DNA of 64,000 bases from Candidatus Bathyarchaeota archaeon (GCA_963739305.1 CAVTZU010000020.1:86043-150042), one strand, 5' to 3'. Positions 50,746 through 61,355 are shown, counted from the stretch's first letter. Translations and numbers: made by a program. Notes: generated from the sequence alone by a model not told the origin.

Positions 50746-51588
50746 ATGAATCAGCAAGATAACTCAACATGTCCCTACTGCGGCGCACCTATAGCCAGCA
50801 CCGACAAATACTGCAAAAACTGCGGAAAAACCCTAATAGCACAGCCCGAAGTCACTCAGCCGCAGCCAAAACCACCCTGGCCCACACCTCCGCCCGCGCC
50901 TGAACAACTTTACGAACGAGAATACTCCGTACCACAAAGACTCTACAAACTGATTGTCTCACCGAACAAAGCCATGCAGGACATAGGGCTCGCACCCGAA
51001 TACACAGGACCAATACTCCTCGTCATATTCAGAACCATCCTTCTAGGGGTAACTATAGCTTTCGGGTACTCCAAAATCCAATGGACCGGCGACCCAAACC
51101 TGATCAGCCAAGTCACCGGACTCCTCTCCGGAATAATCACGCTAGCCATAGTGATCAGCGTAGGTTTGCTGGTAGCGTACTGGCTTGGAAAAGCCCTAAT
51201 AGTCAAGTACACCTGCGACAGCGGAAGCGCCTGGACCTTCACGACCGCAGCATCAGTAACCGGCTACGCATACCTGCCCGACCTCATCCTCGGAATCATA
51301 AGCCTCGCAGTCATTTATCCCATGATCCCGGCAATAACGTTCAACGTGTCCGATCTCGCCGCAACCAGAGCAGCAATTGCTGACTACCGAGCTCAACTGC
51401 TGTGGATCCAGATAATTTTCTCAGTCCCCATCAGCATCATAGCTGTCATCTGGAAATCCTATCTCGGAGGACTCGGCACAAAATTCGGAACCCAGAAGAA
51501 AGCTTCCTTAGCCCTAGGCTTCACCGTGTTCCTCATACTCGGCCTCCTGGGATATGGCATCTCGTACCTCCTTACCGGAAGAATCTAA
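50746..51588 (+). CDS. Zinc-ribbon + Yip1 family membrane protein
   Basis: CPYCG...CKNCG, Pro-rich linker, 5 TM with GYAYLP. Confidence 0.8.
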   Translation: MNQQDNSTCPYCGAPIASTDKYCKNCGKTLIAQPEVTQPQPKPPWPTPPPAPEQLYEREYSVPQRLYKLIVSPNKAMQDIGLAPEYTGPILLVIFRTILLGVTIAFGYSKIQWTGDPNLISQVTGLLSGIITLAIVISVGLLVAYWLGKALIVKYTCDSGSAWTFTTAASVTGYAYLPDLILGIISLAVIYPMIPAITFNVSDLAATRAAIADYRAQLLWIQIIFSVPISIIAVIWKSYLGGLGTKFGTQKKASLALGFTVFLILGLLGYGISYLLTGRI

Positions 51589-51682
51589 CCAACACACAAA
51601 ATTAGCCCCGATCCAATTAGCGGCCGACAACAAGATACTCTTTATAGAAAGGCAAAAAAAACAGTAAATCCTACTCTGTCAT

Positions 51683-52498
51683 GTGAAATACAACGCAGAG
51701 GCATTCACAACGAAAACACGTCTGCTTCTCGTTTTGTTCTTCATAGCCCTGCTCGTCTCCAGCGTCCCCATAATCATCTCTCTGAACAAGGGACCATCGA
51801 ATAACGCGACGTTGCAGTACACCTATGAAATCATAAACACTTACCCGCACGACGCGAGTTCTTTCACGGAAGGACTGGTCTTTGACAACGGGGTTCTGTA
51901 TGAAAGCACGGGAATCTACGGCAGCTCCACGCTTCGCCGCGTACAATTAGAGACAGGCAAAATCCTGCTCGTTCACGCGCTGCAGAATCAGTTCTTCGGA
52001 GAAGGAATCACGATTCTCGGCAACAGAATCATCCAATTGACGTGGCAGTCGCACGTAGGCTTCGTTTACGACAAAAACACCTTCGAGCTCCTGCAAGAGT
52101 TCAACTATTCAACTGAAGGATGGGGAATAACAACCGACGGAAACCGACTGATAATGAGTGACGGAACAACCAACCTCTACTTTCTGGACCCGTTAACCTT
52201 TGAAAGAATCGGACAAATCCAGGTGCACGACTCTGGCCAGGTAGCCAACCTCAACGAGCTCGAATACGTCAACGGTAAAGTCTACGCCAACGTCTGGAAA
52301 ACCCAGAAAATAGCCATCATCAACCCTCAAGATGGCCAGGTGCAGGGATGGATAGACCTGACGGGCCTCCCAGGCGCGCAGAACGGAAACCCGGAAAGTG
52401 TTCTCAACGGCATCGCGTATGACGCAAAACAGGATCGACTATTCGTCACCGGAAAAATGTGGCCGTGGCTCTATGAAATCAAGCTTATCTTGAAATGA
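51683..52498 (+). CDS. Glutaminyl-peptide cyclotransferase
   Basis: YPHD..SFTEGL, ESTG.YG, FGEG, EGWG, LNELE, VLNGIA, TGKMWP. Confidence 0.93.
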   Translation: MKYNAEAFTTKTRLLLVLFFIALLVSSVPIIISLNKGPSNNATLQYTYEIINTYPHDASSFTEGLVFDNGVLYESTGIYGSSTLRRVQLETGKILLVHALQNQFFGEGITILGNRIIQLTWQSHVGFVYDKNTFELLQEFNYSTEGWGITTDGNRLIMSDGTTNLYFLDPLTFERIGQIQVHDSGQVANLNELEYVNGKVYANVWKTQKIAIINPQDGQVQGWIDLTGLPGAQNGNPESVLNGIAYDAKQDRLFVTGKMWPWLYEIKLILK

Positions 52499-52634
52499 TA
52501 GTGTGCGCCAACATCCACTCGTTGCCATGTTCGCATACGTAACTCGCGCCCAATTGGGTTGAACCCGAATCGCCGATATGTATCGTCGATTCATAAACGC
52601 CTTAACCCCATGGATCTAGAGGCTTTACTGAAAG

Positions 52635-52835
52635 GTGAAGTCTACGCGCAGAAGAACGTTCATATTGATCCTCCTCCCTGTGATGTTCTTTCTCTGGATG
52701 ATAGGATGGACCATGTACTGCACCGGAGACCGTTCAACATCTACGCGTGCTCGTAGGAAACAGAAAGACGATGTTCAGACAGTAATGACCCTTGAAACGC
52801 CCGAGATTACCGAACAAGTCCTCCGAGACAACTAA
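52635..52835 (+). CDS. Small membrane protein
   Basis: ILILLPVMFFLWMIGWTMY hydrophobic helix. Confidence 0.55.
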   Translation: MKSTRRRTFILILLPVMFFLWMIGWTMYCTGDRSTSTRARRKQKDDVQTVMTLETPEITEQVLRDN

Positions 52836-53030
52836 AAAGATTTTCACTTCGAGCCGAAACTATATTTTGCCCTCAACGTTTGGTTGTTCATCAGAGGCTG
52901 GCATAGCACGCGTCTTACTTTGAAGCAGAAAAGAGCGAACTAAAAAAGGAAAATAGAAAACTCCGTATTCTACCCACGCGCGCTCGAGAATATGCTCAGC
53001 ACGTACCAGAGGATAGTTTTTCTGCACTTT

Positions 53031-53474
53031 CTACAGGAATCTGCGTTTCTTCTTCTCGGTTCCTTGGTCCGATTCTGAAGTGGCTGGTTCGTCAACCGTT
53101 GTGGAATCGTCCACGGCCGTCACGGCTACAGTTTCTTCCTCTGCGGATTCTTCCAGCACTGCTTCGTTGATTTCGGCACTGACTCCTTCGGTTGCTTCAA
53201 GATTCGGCGAAGGTGTCTCATTTGCCTGTTCGGTCGTCTTTGTTTTTTGTGTGATCTGTCCCAGTCTTTGTTCCAAGTCGTTTACCCTGGATTCGAGGTG
53301 AGATATGTTCTGTCGTGTTTCCTCGTTCTTGCTCCTCAACTCTTCCATTATCTTCTGTTCAAGTGCCTTCGTTCTTTCTTCCAATTTCTTCTGCTGTTCC
53401 TTCAGAGTCAGAGATTCATCCTCTAGTTGGCCCCGTTTTTCTTGTAGTTCCTGAAGTTCTTTAGACAAGCTCAT
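53031..53474 (-). CDS. Coiled-coil protein with acidic tail
   Basis: Heptad-rich N-terminal half; ends KKKRRFL; GGCGGTGA RBS. Confidence 0.7.
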   Translation of the reverse strand: MSLSKELQELQEKRGQLEDESLTLKEQQKKLEERTKALEQKIMEELRSKNEETRQNISHLESRVNDLEQRLGQITQKTKTTEQANETPSPNLEATEGVSAEINEAVLEESAEEETVAVTAVDDSTTVDEPATSESDQGTEKKKRRFL

Positions 53475-53567
53475 TTTGATTCACCGCCACAAAATTGGTT
53501 TTTAGGGATAACAAGTTTATGAAAAGAGAATACAGATTCAAGATAAACTCAGTTGTCCACTGCATTC

Positions 53568-54365
53568 TTACGGAGGAGGCGGAGGAGGAGGGTTGGAAAG
53601 AACGTTTCTTGTTTTTGCACGCTTGGTTTGTCCGATTCTCTGAGCTGTGACACCGTCAAATTCCAGAGTTTTCTCTTCTCCCGTCTTCACGTTCCTGAAC
53701 GTGACTTTGAATCGTGGAGTGTAGATTACCGCTCGCTCGTTGACCTCGAAGATCTCGCAGACAAGACGGTTCACGTCCGCGGGATGCTTGACTATCTTGT
53801 TTCGCATGATGAACACATCCATGTTCTCAGGGAGCTCTTCCACGCCAAATTCTTCCAGTATCTTGTCAGCGTGTCTTTCCGATGGAGCTGATGGAAAGTT
53901 TTCAAGTGAGACTTCTTGTCCTAATCTGTCGAGAAGCAAGGAGGCTTTTACGTCGTTCTTCAACCGCTCTTCTCCTTCGAGTCTGATCATCTTGTAGTCT
54001 TCAGCAGACGAATCCTCCGGCGGCTCAGGAATAAATGTGCGGTCCAAGAGAATTACTTCTAACACTTCTTTGTCGATTTCAACTGCGTGGATGCATTTCC
54101 GATAGTAGTCAACTACGTAGCTCCCGGCGATCATTACGTAGGGCTCGTAGTATTTGTCAATCGAAACGAATTGAACCTCTTCCGGCTTTGGCTTCAAGAA
54201 CCAGAATCTTGTGAACAACTGATCCTTAATTTTCTCTGCGGCCAGTTTTATAACGATTGAATCCGTGCGCGTCTCGTAGACGATGGTCTTCCTTTCAACT
54301 ATCTTTTCAGGTAAGGATGCTGGCTCGCTCGACACGACTATTCCGTTGGAAATGGTTTCAGTCAA
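53568..54365 (-). CDS. Hypothetical protein
   Basis: 265 aa ORF; KYYEPY and IYTPRFKVTFRNVKTGEEKTLEFDGVT. Confidence 0.7.
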   Translation of the reverse strand: MTETISNGIVVSSEPASLPEKIVERKTIVYETRTDSIVIKLAAEKIKDQLFTRFWFLKPKPEEVQFVSIDKYYEPYVMIAGSYVVDYYRKCIHAVEIDKEVLEVILLDRTFIPEPPEDSSAEDYKMIRLEGEERLKNDVKASLLLDRLGQEVSLENFPSAPSERHADKILEEFGVEELPENMDVFIMRNKIVKHPADVNRLVCEIFEVNERAVIYTPRFKVTFRNVKTGEEKTLEFDGVTAQRIGQTKRAKTRNVLSNPPPPPPP

Positions 54366-54512
54366 AGTTGAACCCTCGATGGTGTCTCTGTTTCACGTCT
54401 AATATGGATTATGAATTGAGAAAATGAATCACTGCTACATGCACGTGCCAACAGACCTCCAACTCTCGGTCCAACCGTAGTGCGAGAAAATCGATTTTAG
54501 AATCAGCGTCAC

Positions 54513-56234
54513 TTAAATGCCCAAGTTAACCAAGACTCCTGTCAATATCCCGGTTGCGGCTGTCAATAACAATGCGATGATCAAGTGTTTACGCATGATC
54601 AAAGATTCAGTTTCACGCGACTCGCCAATGGTAGCCACGGCGTTGTTTATCTTAGCTGGCGTCACGGCGCTTGCGATTCCACCAGCGGCTGCGTGACTTC
54701 CGTAAACCGTCATGAACCCAGCCGAGTCAAGTCCCACAGCGTCGGATGCGGTTTTCTGTACCTTCATGAAAAGAACGTTGGAACTTGTTTCCGAACCGCC
54801 GACTATGGCTCCGAACAGCCCGAGGGAAGCGGCGACGAATACGTAGCCTCCTCCGAAAACCTTAGCCAGTGTGACGCCTAAGACGTAATTCATGTTTAGC
54901 TCCGGGTTCAACTGAACCAAGTTGCCCCCGACGACTTCCATAGCAGAATAAGCCATCACGAATGCCAAGCAGAAGTAAAGGCTGAAAGCCAAGAAAGGGC
55001 TGGCAAACCTTTTCAGTAACATCTTGAACGTGTTTTTCACCTGTTTCTTGGTGGCTTTGAGCGTGAAGAAAGACAGAAACACCGCCACGAATATCCACGT
55101 GTAAATCTGAGACAACACATCCAAATCTACGGTTTGGTCCGCAAAAACTGGTATCCTTTCGAGGCTTCCTGGAAGGTTTGAAAGCCAACTGTTGACTTGC
55201 GGAACGCTTGAGATGCCTGCGAGAACAGTTAGCAGTATCCAAGGAGAAAAAGCGCGCAGAATCTCGTTTCTGGTTTGAGGGTCACGCACATTCTCTTCTT
55301 GTACGGCACGCGAGGTCATTTTGTTGTAAATGTAGACTGAGGCCATGGCTAAGGAACCTGCGATGATGCCCAGCACTCTCAGCGGAACGTACTCGATGCC
55401 CGTGAAATAGTCGACGCTTGCAATTGCAAGACACGTCAACGCCAAAACAACTCCACAGATTACTGCAGGAACGGCTCCCCTCCGCATTGCTCTCTTCCCG
55501 CCTGTCAACCATAGTAGTGCAAATGCGAAGCCAATTGAGATTAAGGGTAAGAAGGCCGAGATTTTGAACGCGAACTCGAACCTGTTTATGGCGACGCCGA
55601 TTATGCTTTTGCTCACGTCAGCTGGAAGAGTTATGGGAAGCGAAAGCAGACTGAAACTCGTAGTCGGACTGTAACCCAACACGGATATGGCTACTGAACT
55701 CAATGGACTGAATCCCATTGTCACCAGTAGAGGTGGAAACAAGGCTGGCGCGCTGATACCCAGAGAAGTGACGAAAGAACCGAAACCGACTCCGATGTAC
55801 AAGGCTCTCGCCTCTTCGCCCTGGATTGAACGTTTGATCACGTCGGAGACTATTGAGAGAGCGCCTGTTTCCTGCATGAGAAAGATCATTAGCATCGTGG
55901 CAACGCAGCTGATTGAGAGAGGAAAACTCTTCAAGAATCCAACCGCTGCAGACCCTATCGCCACGTACAATGACGTTCGAAACTCGAAGATCGCCAAGGC
56001 AATGGCAAGGATCAACCCAACGAAGGCCATCGTCAAGCCACTCTGACGCAACAAGGCAACGCCGAACAGAACAACGAGCAGGGGAAAAAGAGCGAGCATG
56101 AATCGCCATTCGACGGACTGACCGGAATGAGCTAAGAAAATGGCAAGCGTTCCATACACGACGAGGATTGTCAGGGAAACCATAGAGACGCTCTTTTCCT
56201 TCAATCGAAGCCCCCGTTGAAACTTCACGAACAT
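54513..56234 (-). CDS. lctP: L-lactate permease (LctP family)
   Basis: Many TM helices; RAFSPW, GGSETSSNVLF, AAGGIASAVTPAKI. Confidence 0.82.
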   Translation of the reverse strand: MFVKFQRGLRLKEKSVSMVSLTILVVYGTLAIFLAHSGQSVEWRFMLALFPLLVVLFGVALLRQSGLTMAFVGLILAIALAIFEFRTSLYVAIGSAAVGFLKSFPLSISCVATMLMIFLMQETGALSIVSDVIKRSIQGEEARALYIGVGFGSFVTSLGISAPALFPPLLVTMGFSPLSSVAISVLGYSPTTSFSLLSLPITLPADVSKSIIGVAINRFEFAFKISAFLPLISIGFAFALLWLTGGKRAMRRGAVPAVICGVVLALTCLAIASVDYFTGIEYVPLRVLGIIAGSLAMASVYIYNKMTSRAVQEENVRDPQTRNEILRAFSPWILLTVLAGISSVPQVNSWLSNLPGSLERIPVFADQTVDLDVLSQIYTWIFVAVFLSFFTLKATKKQVKNTFKMLLKRFASPFLAFSLYFCLAFVMAYSAMEVVGGNLVQLNPELNMNYVLGVTLAKVFGGGYVFVAASLGLFGAIVGGSETSSNVLFMKVQKTASDAVGLDSAGFMTVYGSHAAAGGIASAVTPAKINNAVATIGESRETESLIMRKHLIIALLLTAATGILTGVLVNLGI

Positions 56235-56389
56235 AGCCAGAGTTCGTTAATAAACCTTCATCACCTGCACGAAAACTCACTGGATCAAACAGTTGCTCAT
56301 CAGCCTAGTAGTAACGCGCAATTCTTATTATCACAGACAGACAATTGCACACGCAAAGCTCATTCGACTGCGAAGGAAGAACTAAAAAC

Positions 56390-57142
56390 TTGGCTGTGAC
56401 GAAAGCGATTATCTTCGACTTCATCGGAACACTGACGAACGTCAAGGACTACAGGCCTGAAATATCAAAACTAAAAATGTACAAAGCTCTGGTCAAGGCA
56501 CGTTTCAACGTTAGTGAAAAGAACTTCTTCGATGCATACAACCGGTCGCATGAGAAATATCGTCTAAGACGATACGAGGAGCTTGTCGAAATAACAGACA
56601 GTGTCTGGATTTCTGACGCACTCAACTGTCTGGGGTTTCAGACTGACCCTTCGGACCTACGGGTGAAAACTGCCGTGAACGCGTTCTTTGAAGACTATTT
56701 GGATGCACTCGAGCTGAACCCTTGCGCAGATCAGCTTCTCGCTCAGCTCCCAAAGCATTTCAAAATCGGTTTAGTGTCCAACTTCACTTACGCTCCAGTC
56801 ATATACGCCGCTCTCAGAAAACTGAGGATCAACAAGTTTTTCAATGCCGTTTTGGTCTCTCAAGACGTTGGCTGGCGAAAACCAAACCCGAATATCTTTC
56901 ATGAAGCCCTTAAGAGGCTAGGGGTAAAAGCTGATGAGACTGTATATGTCGGCGACTCACCGTTGGAGGACATAAGAGGTGCAGCTAGAATAGGGATGAA
57001 AACTGTCTTTGTGCCCTCTCAGTTTTACTCTCTTGAAAACCTGTACGAAGGCGGTGACAAGCCAGGTTTGATCGTTCGAAACATCTGCGAACTGTGCAGA
57101 ACTCTTCCAAAATTCATCAAAAACATGGAAAACGGGTTCTGA
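56390..57142 (+). CDS. HAD-superfamily hydrolase
   Basis: FDFIGTL, VSN, KPNPNIF, YVGDSPLEDI. Confidence 0.9.
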   Translation: MAVTKAIIFDFIGTLTNVKDYRPEISKLKMYKALVKARFNVSEKNFFDAYNRSHEKYRLRRYEELVEITDSVWISDALNCLGFQTDPSDLRVKTAVNAFFEDYLDALELNPCADQLLAQLPKHFKIGLVSNFTYAPVIYAALRKLRINKFFNAVLVSQDVGWRKPNPNIFHEALKRLGVKADETVYVGDSPLEDIRGAARIGMKTVFVPSQFYSLENLYEGGDKPGLIVRNICELCRTLPKFIKNMENGF

Positions 57143-57236
57143 ATAGCCTGCAAGACCATAACATTGCGGTTCTTTGCGGGCGAATGATGGAAAATGTTTT
57201 ATGCTGATCGCATGATATCATTGCTAAGGGAATATA

Positions 57237-57401
57237 ATGGCTAAATGTCCAAAATGCGGAAAAGAAGTCAGCACCCCAAAGAAAACATGGAAGATGGCTG
57301 GAAGACCCGACAAAGCTGGCAAGAAGACTGAGCTCACGATCGGACTCTTTGAACACTGCGGTAAAACATTCAGGTCCACCCTAGGCAAGAAAAAGATCTA
57401 G
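57237..57401 (+). CDS. cren7: Cren7-like chromatin protein (54 aa), not in the ORF track
   Basis: MAKCPKCGKEVSTPKKTWKMAGRPDKAGKKTELTIGLFEHCGKTFRSTLGKKKI carries the Cren7-type P.KTW...G...IGLF...GK.FR pattern; followed by a T-rich terminator. Confidence 0.8.
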   Translation: MAKCPKCGKEVSTPKKTWKMAGRPDKAGKKTELTIGLFEHCGKTFRSTLGKKKI

Positions 57402-57496
57402 ACGTACACTCACCACTTAACAACTCTACTCTCTCTTTTTCTTTTTGAACACTCAAGAATTTTAGCGCGCGCTGATTGAAGTTTCGTGGCGATCGG

Positions 57497-58597
57497 CTAG
57501 AAAAGAAATCTCCCGTTCTTCACTATTAGTCTCTGATCGATTTTGACTGTGGGTTTCTCTATCAGGAAGTCCCAGTGGAGTGAGCATTCGTTCTTGCCTC
57601 CGAGCCACGTGTTTTGTCCAATCGCGAAGTGACAGGTTCCAAATGCTTTTTCTGTGGCCAGGAGCATGTTGCCGCATGGGTTGGTGCCGAAGGCGAACTC
57701 TGCTATGCTGTATGGGTTGCCTGTCGCTTTTTCAAGTCGAGCCTTGAGGAACTCGAAGCCTTTTTCGGCGGAGATAACGGCTTTTTCTTTGCCGTTGAAC
57801 TCGACGCGGACGCCGTTGACAGTGCTTCCAGGCAGCTGTTTCGGGTAGACAACTCCGAAAGCGCTGTCTTCAAGAGGTGCCACGAAAACTTCTCCAACGG
57901 GCAGGTTGTGCACGTATCTTGCGGCTGAGCTTCCTTGGCTGGGTTGTTTGCCATCTTCGTTCATCCAAGTGCGTCCGTCGGTTCGGAGCTTCAGGTCTGA
58001 TCCTCTGGGGCAGGTCAAGTGGATTTCTTCTCCCTCCCTCATGACGCGGATTATGCGTTGACCGAGCTTCGACAATGATTCGTAGTCAATGTCTAATGAG
58101 TCGAGGAACAGGTTTCGGGTTTCGCTGTATGTTTTGTTGAGAGCTCTCGCTTGCTGCAGGTTTGGGTCTAGGAACACGACTAGATGTGTGTGGTTTTTGA
58201 GGCAGAGTTGGAGTAGGTTGTCGATGGACCATTTTGAGTTTTTTCTGACTTGGAGGATGCGTTCTGCATATTCTGGCTTCTGGTAGATGGAGTTGTCGAA
58301 TGATGTGCCTGTCATGCGGATGAACCAGTCGACGGTTTCGATTACTTTCGGTGTGATTTTAGGTGACCTTGCGAAGCTTTTGACAGGGGATTCGAGAAGT
58401 TTGGCGTTTGCAATGTAGTCGCCGTTACTTTGCACCATCGTTTCGGTTCCTCTTGACTCGCATTCGGCTGCGAAGGCGTATGCTAGGTTGAGGTTTTCGA
58501 TCCCTGCGTAGAAGAACGCTGTTTCATCAGGTCGAATTGGGAGAGCGTTGTCGAGGACTTTTCTGGCGACGGTACGCAACCGTTCCTGGATCTTCAT
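57497..58597 (-). CDS. M29-family (thermophilic) aminopeptidase
   Basis: NLPVGEVFVAP, IAEFAFGTNP, EKAFGTCHFAIG, LHWD. Confidence 0.85.
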   Translation of the reverse strand: MKIQERLRTVARKVLDNALPIRPDETAFFYAGIENLNLAYAFAAECESRGTETMVQSNGDYIANAKLLESPVKSFARSPKITPKVIETVDWFIRMTGTSFDNSIYQKPEYAERILQVRKNSKWSIDNLLQLCLKNHTHLVVFLDPNLQQARALNKTYSETRNLFLDSLDIDYESLSKLGQRIIRVMREGEEIHLTCPRGSDLKLRTDGRTWMNEDGKQPSQGSSAARYVHNLPVGEVFVAPLEDSAFGVVYPKQLPGSTVNGVRVEFNGKEKAVISAEKGFEFLKARLEKATGNPYSIAEFAFGTNPCGNMLLATEKAFGTCHFAIGQNTWLGGKNECSLHWDFLIEKPTVKIDQRLIVKNGRFLF

Positions 58598-58642
58598 GAG
58601 TCATCATCCCTGTGCTAAACTTGACTTTTCGCTGTCTCTTGC

Positions 58643-59416
58643 CTATGTGCTTTTGACTTTCCCGACGGGCGCGAGGTACACTGTGAACTCTTCTTCTCCG
58701 TCTACGTCTATGAGCGCGTCGGTGGCTTCCTGGTTGTAAGCCAGTATGGCGCACGCTCCGGCTCCAATTGCTTCGCAGGCAAGGTAAAGGTTTTGGCAGA
58801 TGTGTCCAGCATCGACTGCGATGCCTTTGTAAGCTATGACGCTGTAGCGCCATTCGGCGCGGTATGGGATAGTGGTCCATATGAAAACGGCGGCGGCTTG
58901 GCTGACGAAGGTTTGTCCCCAACAGGCGTCTGATATTTGGCGTGAGGTTAGTGCTTTGGGGTTGATGACTAATAGTTTGTGTTCAAGTGGCAGGTATCTG
59001 TAGACGCCGGGTTTGAGTCCTGTGACTCTGTTGATGACTAGGTACGTTTCGAAGGGGTGTCTTGCTCCGGCTGATGGTACGGTTCGGCGGGTCCGGACTT
59101 GGTTTTTGTCGACTGACCTGATTCCTTGGGTTGCCCAGAGGAGGAATGAGAGTTCTTCCAGGGTTAGTGGTTCATCGGTGTATTTTCGTCTGCTCTCGCG
59201 TTGGGTTATGGCTTTTTTCAGTGGTATGTTGCCGAGTTGGATAGCTTTGGGTTCGATGAGGCCGATGAGGGATGCGTCTTTTGAGTGTGGCTTTTCGAGT
59301 GGCGGGGGAGGGATTCCTTTTTGTTGGTGTGACTTGTACGATTCGTTATCGATCTCTGGGAAATAGGATTTGAGGAGCGTTCTTCTTTCTCTGATTAATT
59401 CTTCATACGATTTCAT
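58643..59416 (-). CDS. SagB/ThcOx-family nitroreductase-like dehydrogenase
   Basis: RESRRKY, RTVPSAGARHPFETY, DAGHICQNLYL. Confidence 0.9.
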   Translation of the reverse strand: MKSYEELIRERRTLLKSYFPEIDNESYKSHQQKGIPPPPLEKPHSKDASLIGLIEPKAIQLGNIPLKKAITQRESRRKYTDEPLTLEELSFLLWATQGIRSVDKNQVRTRRTVPSAGARHPFETYLVINRVTGLKPGVYRYLPLEHKLLVINPKALTSRQISDACWGQTFVSQAAAVFIWTTIPYRAEWRYSVIAYKGIAVDAGHICQNLYLACEAIGAGACAILAYNQEATDALIDVDGEEEFTVYLAPVGKVKST

Positions 59417-59629
59417 GCGGACACCACGGTGAGGCTGAGGGGTGATTTGTTGTGAGGGCTACTTAAATCGGCGTGTTCTTTAAGGTTGTGCAAACCAGGT
59501 TTATGGTCATGTTCGTTTTAGGAGGCGAGTCTTGCGAGATGGCTGTTTGGTTCGGCGGGCTTTTTCTGTAACGTTAGTTGTAATGTTGTGTTGTGATGGT
59601 TTTGAGGCTTAGCGCACGCGAAAAGTTGG

Positions 59630-59707
59630 TGGTGCGCGCGCCGAGATTTGAACCCGGGTCGTCAGCGTGGCAGGCTGATGTCCTAGACCAAACTAGACTA
59701 CGCGCGC
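59630..59707 (-). tRNA. tRNA-Gly(GCC), intronless, CCA encoded
   Basis: Reverse complement GCGCGCGTAGTCTAGTTTGGTCTAGGACATCAGCCTGCCACGCTGACGACCCGGGTTCAAATCTCGGCGCGCGCACCA folds as a cloverleaf with anticodon GCC. Confidence 0.95.
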
Positions 59708-60336
59708 TTAGAACTGTACTGCGGCACAGTTACGATGGTAAAATAGTCAGCTTGCATTTAAATCTTAAGAATCGTGGAAAAACAGATTGGACCGTTGTCG
59801 AACCAAGGTTCAATCATGAAAAGTAGCATTCCAATAAGCTGTAAAGACGCATTGAATAGGAGAAAGCGCGCTAACGGGGCCAGATACTGATTTTGAATCC
59901 AGTAGCCTAATATGCGACGTTCCCTATTCTGTTGGATCAAGCAAGATTTTTGCCCTCAGAACTGTGAAACCGGATTTTTCCGTTTTTGCTTTTGGCATTT
60001 CTGCTGAGACGTAATTCGAGGTGAAAAGCATGCAAAACATGAAGGAAACAAGAGAACAAATGAGAAGAATCGAAATGTGGAAGTGTCGCGCCATAGAGCG
60101 TCGACAGTCTTCATAGACTTCCTATCTTTTTTCTGTCTGTCTGAAATTCGCCTTTGATGAATAATTACCGCATAAGCCCGCGCGTGACACGCGTATCAGA
60201 GGGCACGACGGTTCAATCAGGCATCTTGTAAATGGTTTCACTAGCGTTCAGTCGAAAGAATAGAAGGAATTTGTAAAAAGCGGAACAGAGTACAGTGAAA
60301 AACTGGATTTAAACAAAGAGAGGATTGGGTTCGAGC

Positions 60337-60909
60337 TTACACTGTTCTGAGGTTCTTTGCGTCTTCGGCGCGAAGCTTATTTTCTTTCGGCAAGACTATT
60401 TCGAGCACTCCGTTCTTGTATTCTGTTGAAAAAGCATTTTTTGAGAAGTGTCCGTGGGGCAGTTGAATCTCCTTGTAGAAGTTTTTGGCTCTCAGTTCAA
60501 AACGATTTTCTCCGAAATCTAGTTTTATGTCCTCTTTTTCAACGCCTGGCAATTCAACGTACACTCTGAGCTGGCTGTCTTCTTCGAATATGTCAACGAG
60601 TGGTTCTCGCATATCTTTCAATGCGGCCTTCGAAACCTCGAACGGCTTCTCTGGCAAGTGCCTTCTTTTCGAAGGTTTCAACGGTTCTATTGGTTCAATC
60701 GGTTGCATTGGTTCATCTGTTCCGAAGCGCCCTCGAATAGCGAAGCCCTTCATGTCTGGTTCATCTATTTGTCTGACTTCCCAGTTTCCTTTTATCTCTC
60801 CGCTTTCCATTTTCTTCAACATCTCTTCCATTTGGCTCTGTGATTTTCTGAGCAGTTTGAAGATATCGAAGTCGTCGAACAAATCTCTGAATTCATCGTC
60901 ATACGACAA
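60337..60909 (-). CDS. hsp20: Archaeal Hsp20 small heat-shock protein
   Basis: REPLVDIFE...VELPGVEKEDI...YKNGVLEIVLPK; GGAGGTGA RBS. Confidence 0.92.
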   Translation of the reverse strand: MSYDDEFRDLFDDFDIFKLLRKSQSQMEEMLKKMESGEIKGNWEVRQIDEPDMKGFAIRGRFGTDEPMQPIEPIEPLKPSKRRHLPEKPFEVSKAALKDMREPLVDIFEEDSQLRVYVELPGVEKEDIKLDFGENRFELRAKNFYKEIQLPHGHFSKNAFSTEYKNGVLEIVLPKENKLRAEDAKNLRTV

Positions 60910-60924
60910 ACTCGTTTCACCTCC

Positions 60925-61343
60925 TTATCGTTCTCCCATTTCTTCCAGTGATTCGATCAAGCGACGCAAGGCCAGACTTATCATCATGAACGTCTCGCCG
61001 AACTCTGAGCAAGCATACCTTCCCCTTCCCGTCCTTTCGAGAAGCCCGCCCTTCTCGAGTTTTCTAGAGTTCTCCCAGACGATTTTCGGGTTCAAGTCCA
61101 AGTCCTGCATGAACTCTCCAAAGCTGAGCGTCCGATCGTTGGCTTCAACAAGTCGGCTCATCATTCGCAGACGCGTTTCATGAGACAAGGCATCAAAAAT
61201 CTCCGATAGTCTTTGTATACTGTCTTCGTTCTCATCGAGTTCCTCTTCCAGAGCCTGCTTTGACCAATCTTGCAGGTGATAATGGAATTTCGAAGAGCGT
61301 TTCTCCGTCGCGAACCAACCGTAGGCTTAGCTTCATCTGGCAA
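60925..61343 (-). CDS. ArsR-like winged-helix regulator, frameshifted
   Basis: FDALSHETRLRMM...LSFGEFMQDLDLNPKIVWE...GLLERTGRGRY; N-terminus in ORF 61161-61343. Confidence 0.75.
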
Positions 61344-61355
61344 TGCACTTGCCTT

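Noticed and set aside
58643-59416. RiPP (thiazole/oxazole) biosynthesis cluster
   Set aside because: The SagB-like gene stands alone, with no YcaO or precursor peptide nearby.
59630-59707. tRNA-Gly as attachment site of the viral cluster
   Set aside because: It is over 22 kb from the cluster. I found no duplicated tRNA 3' end at the borders; GCGCGCGC matches are too short and occur throughout.
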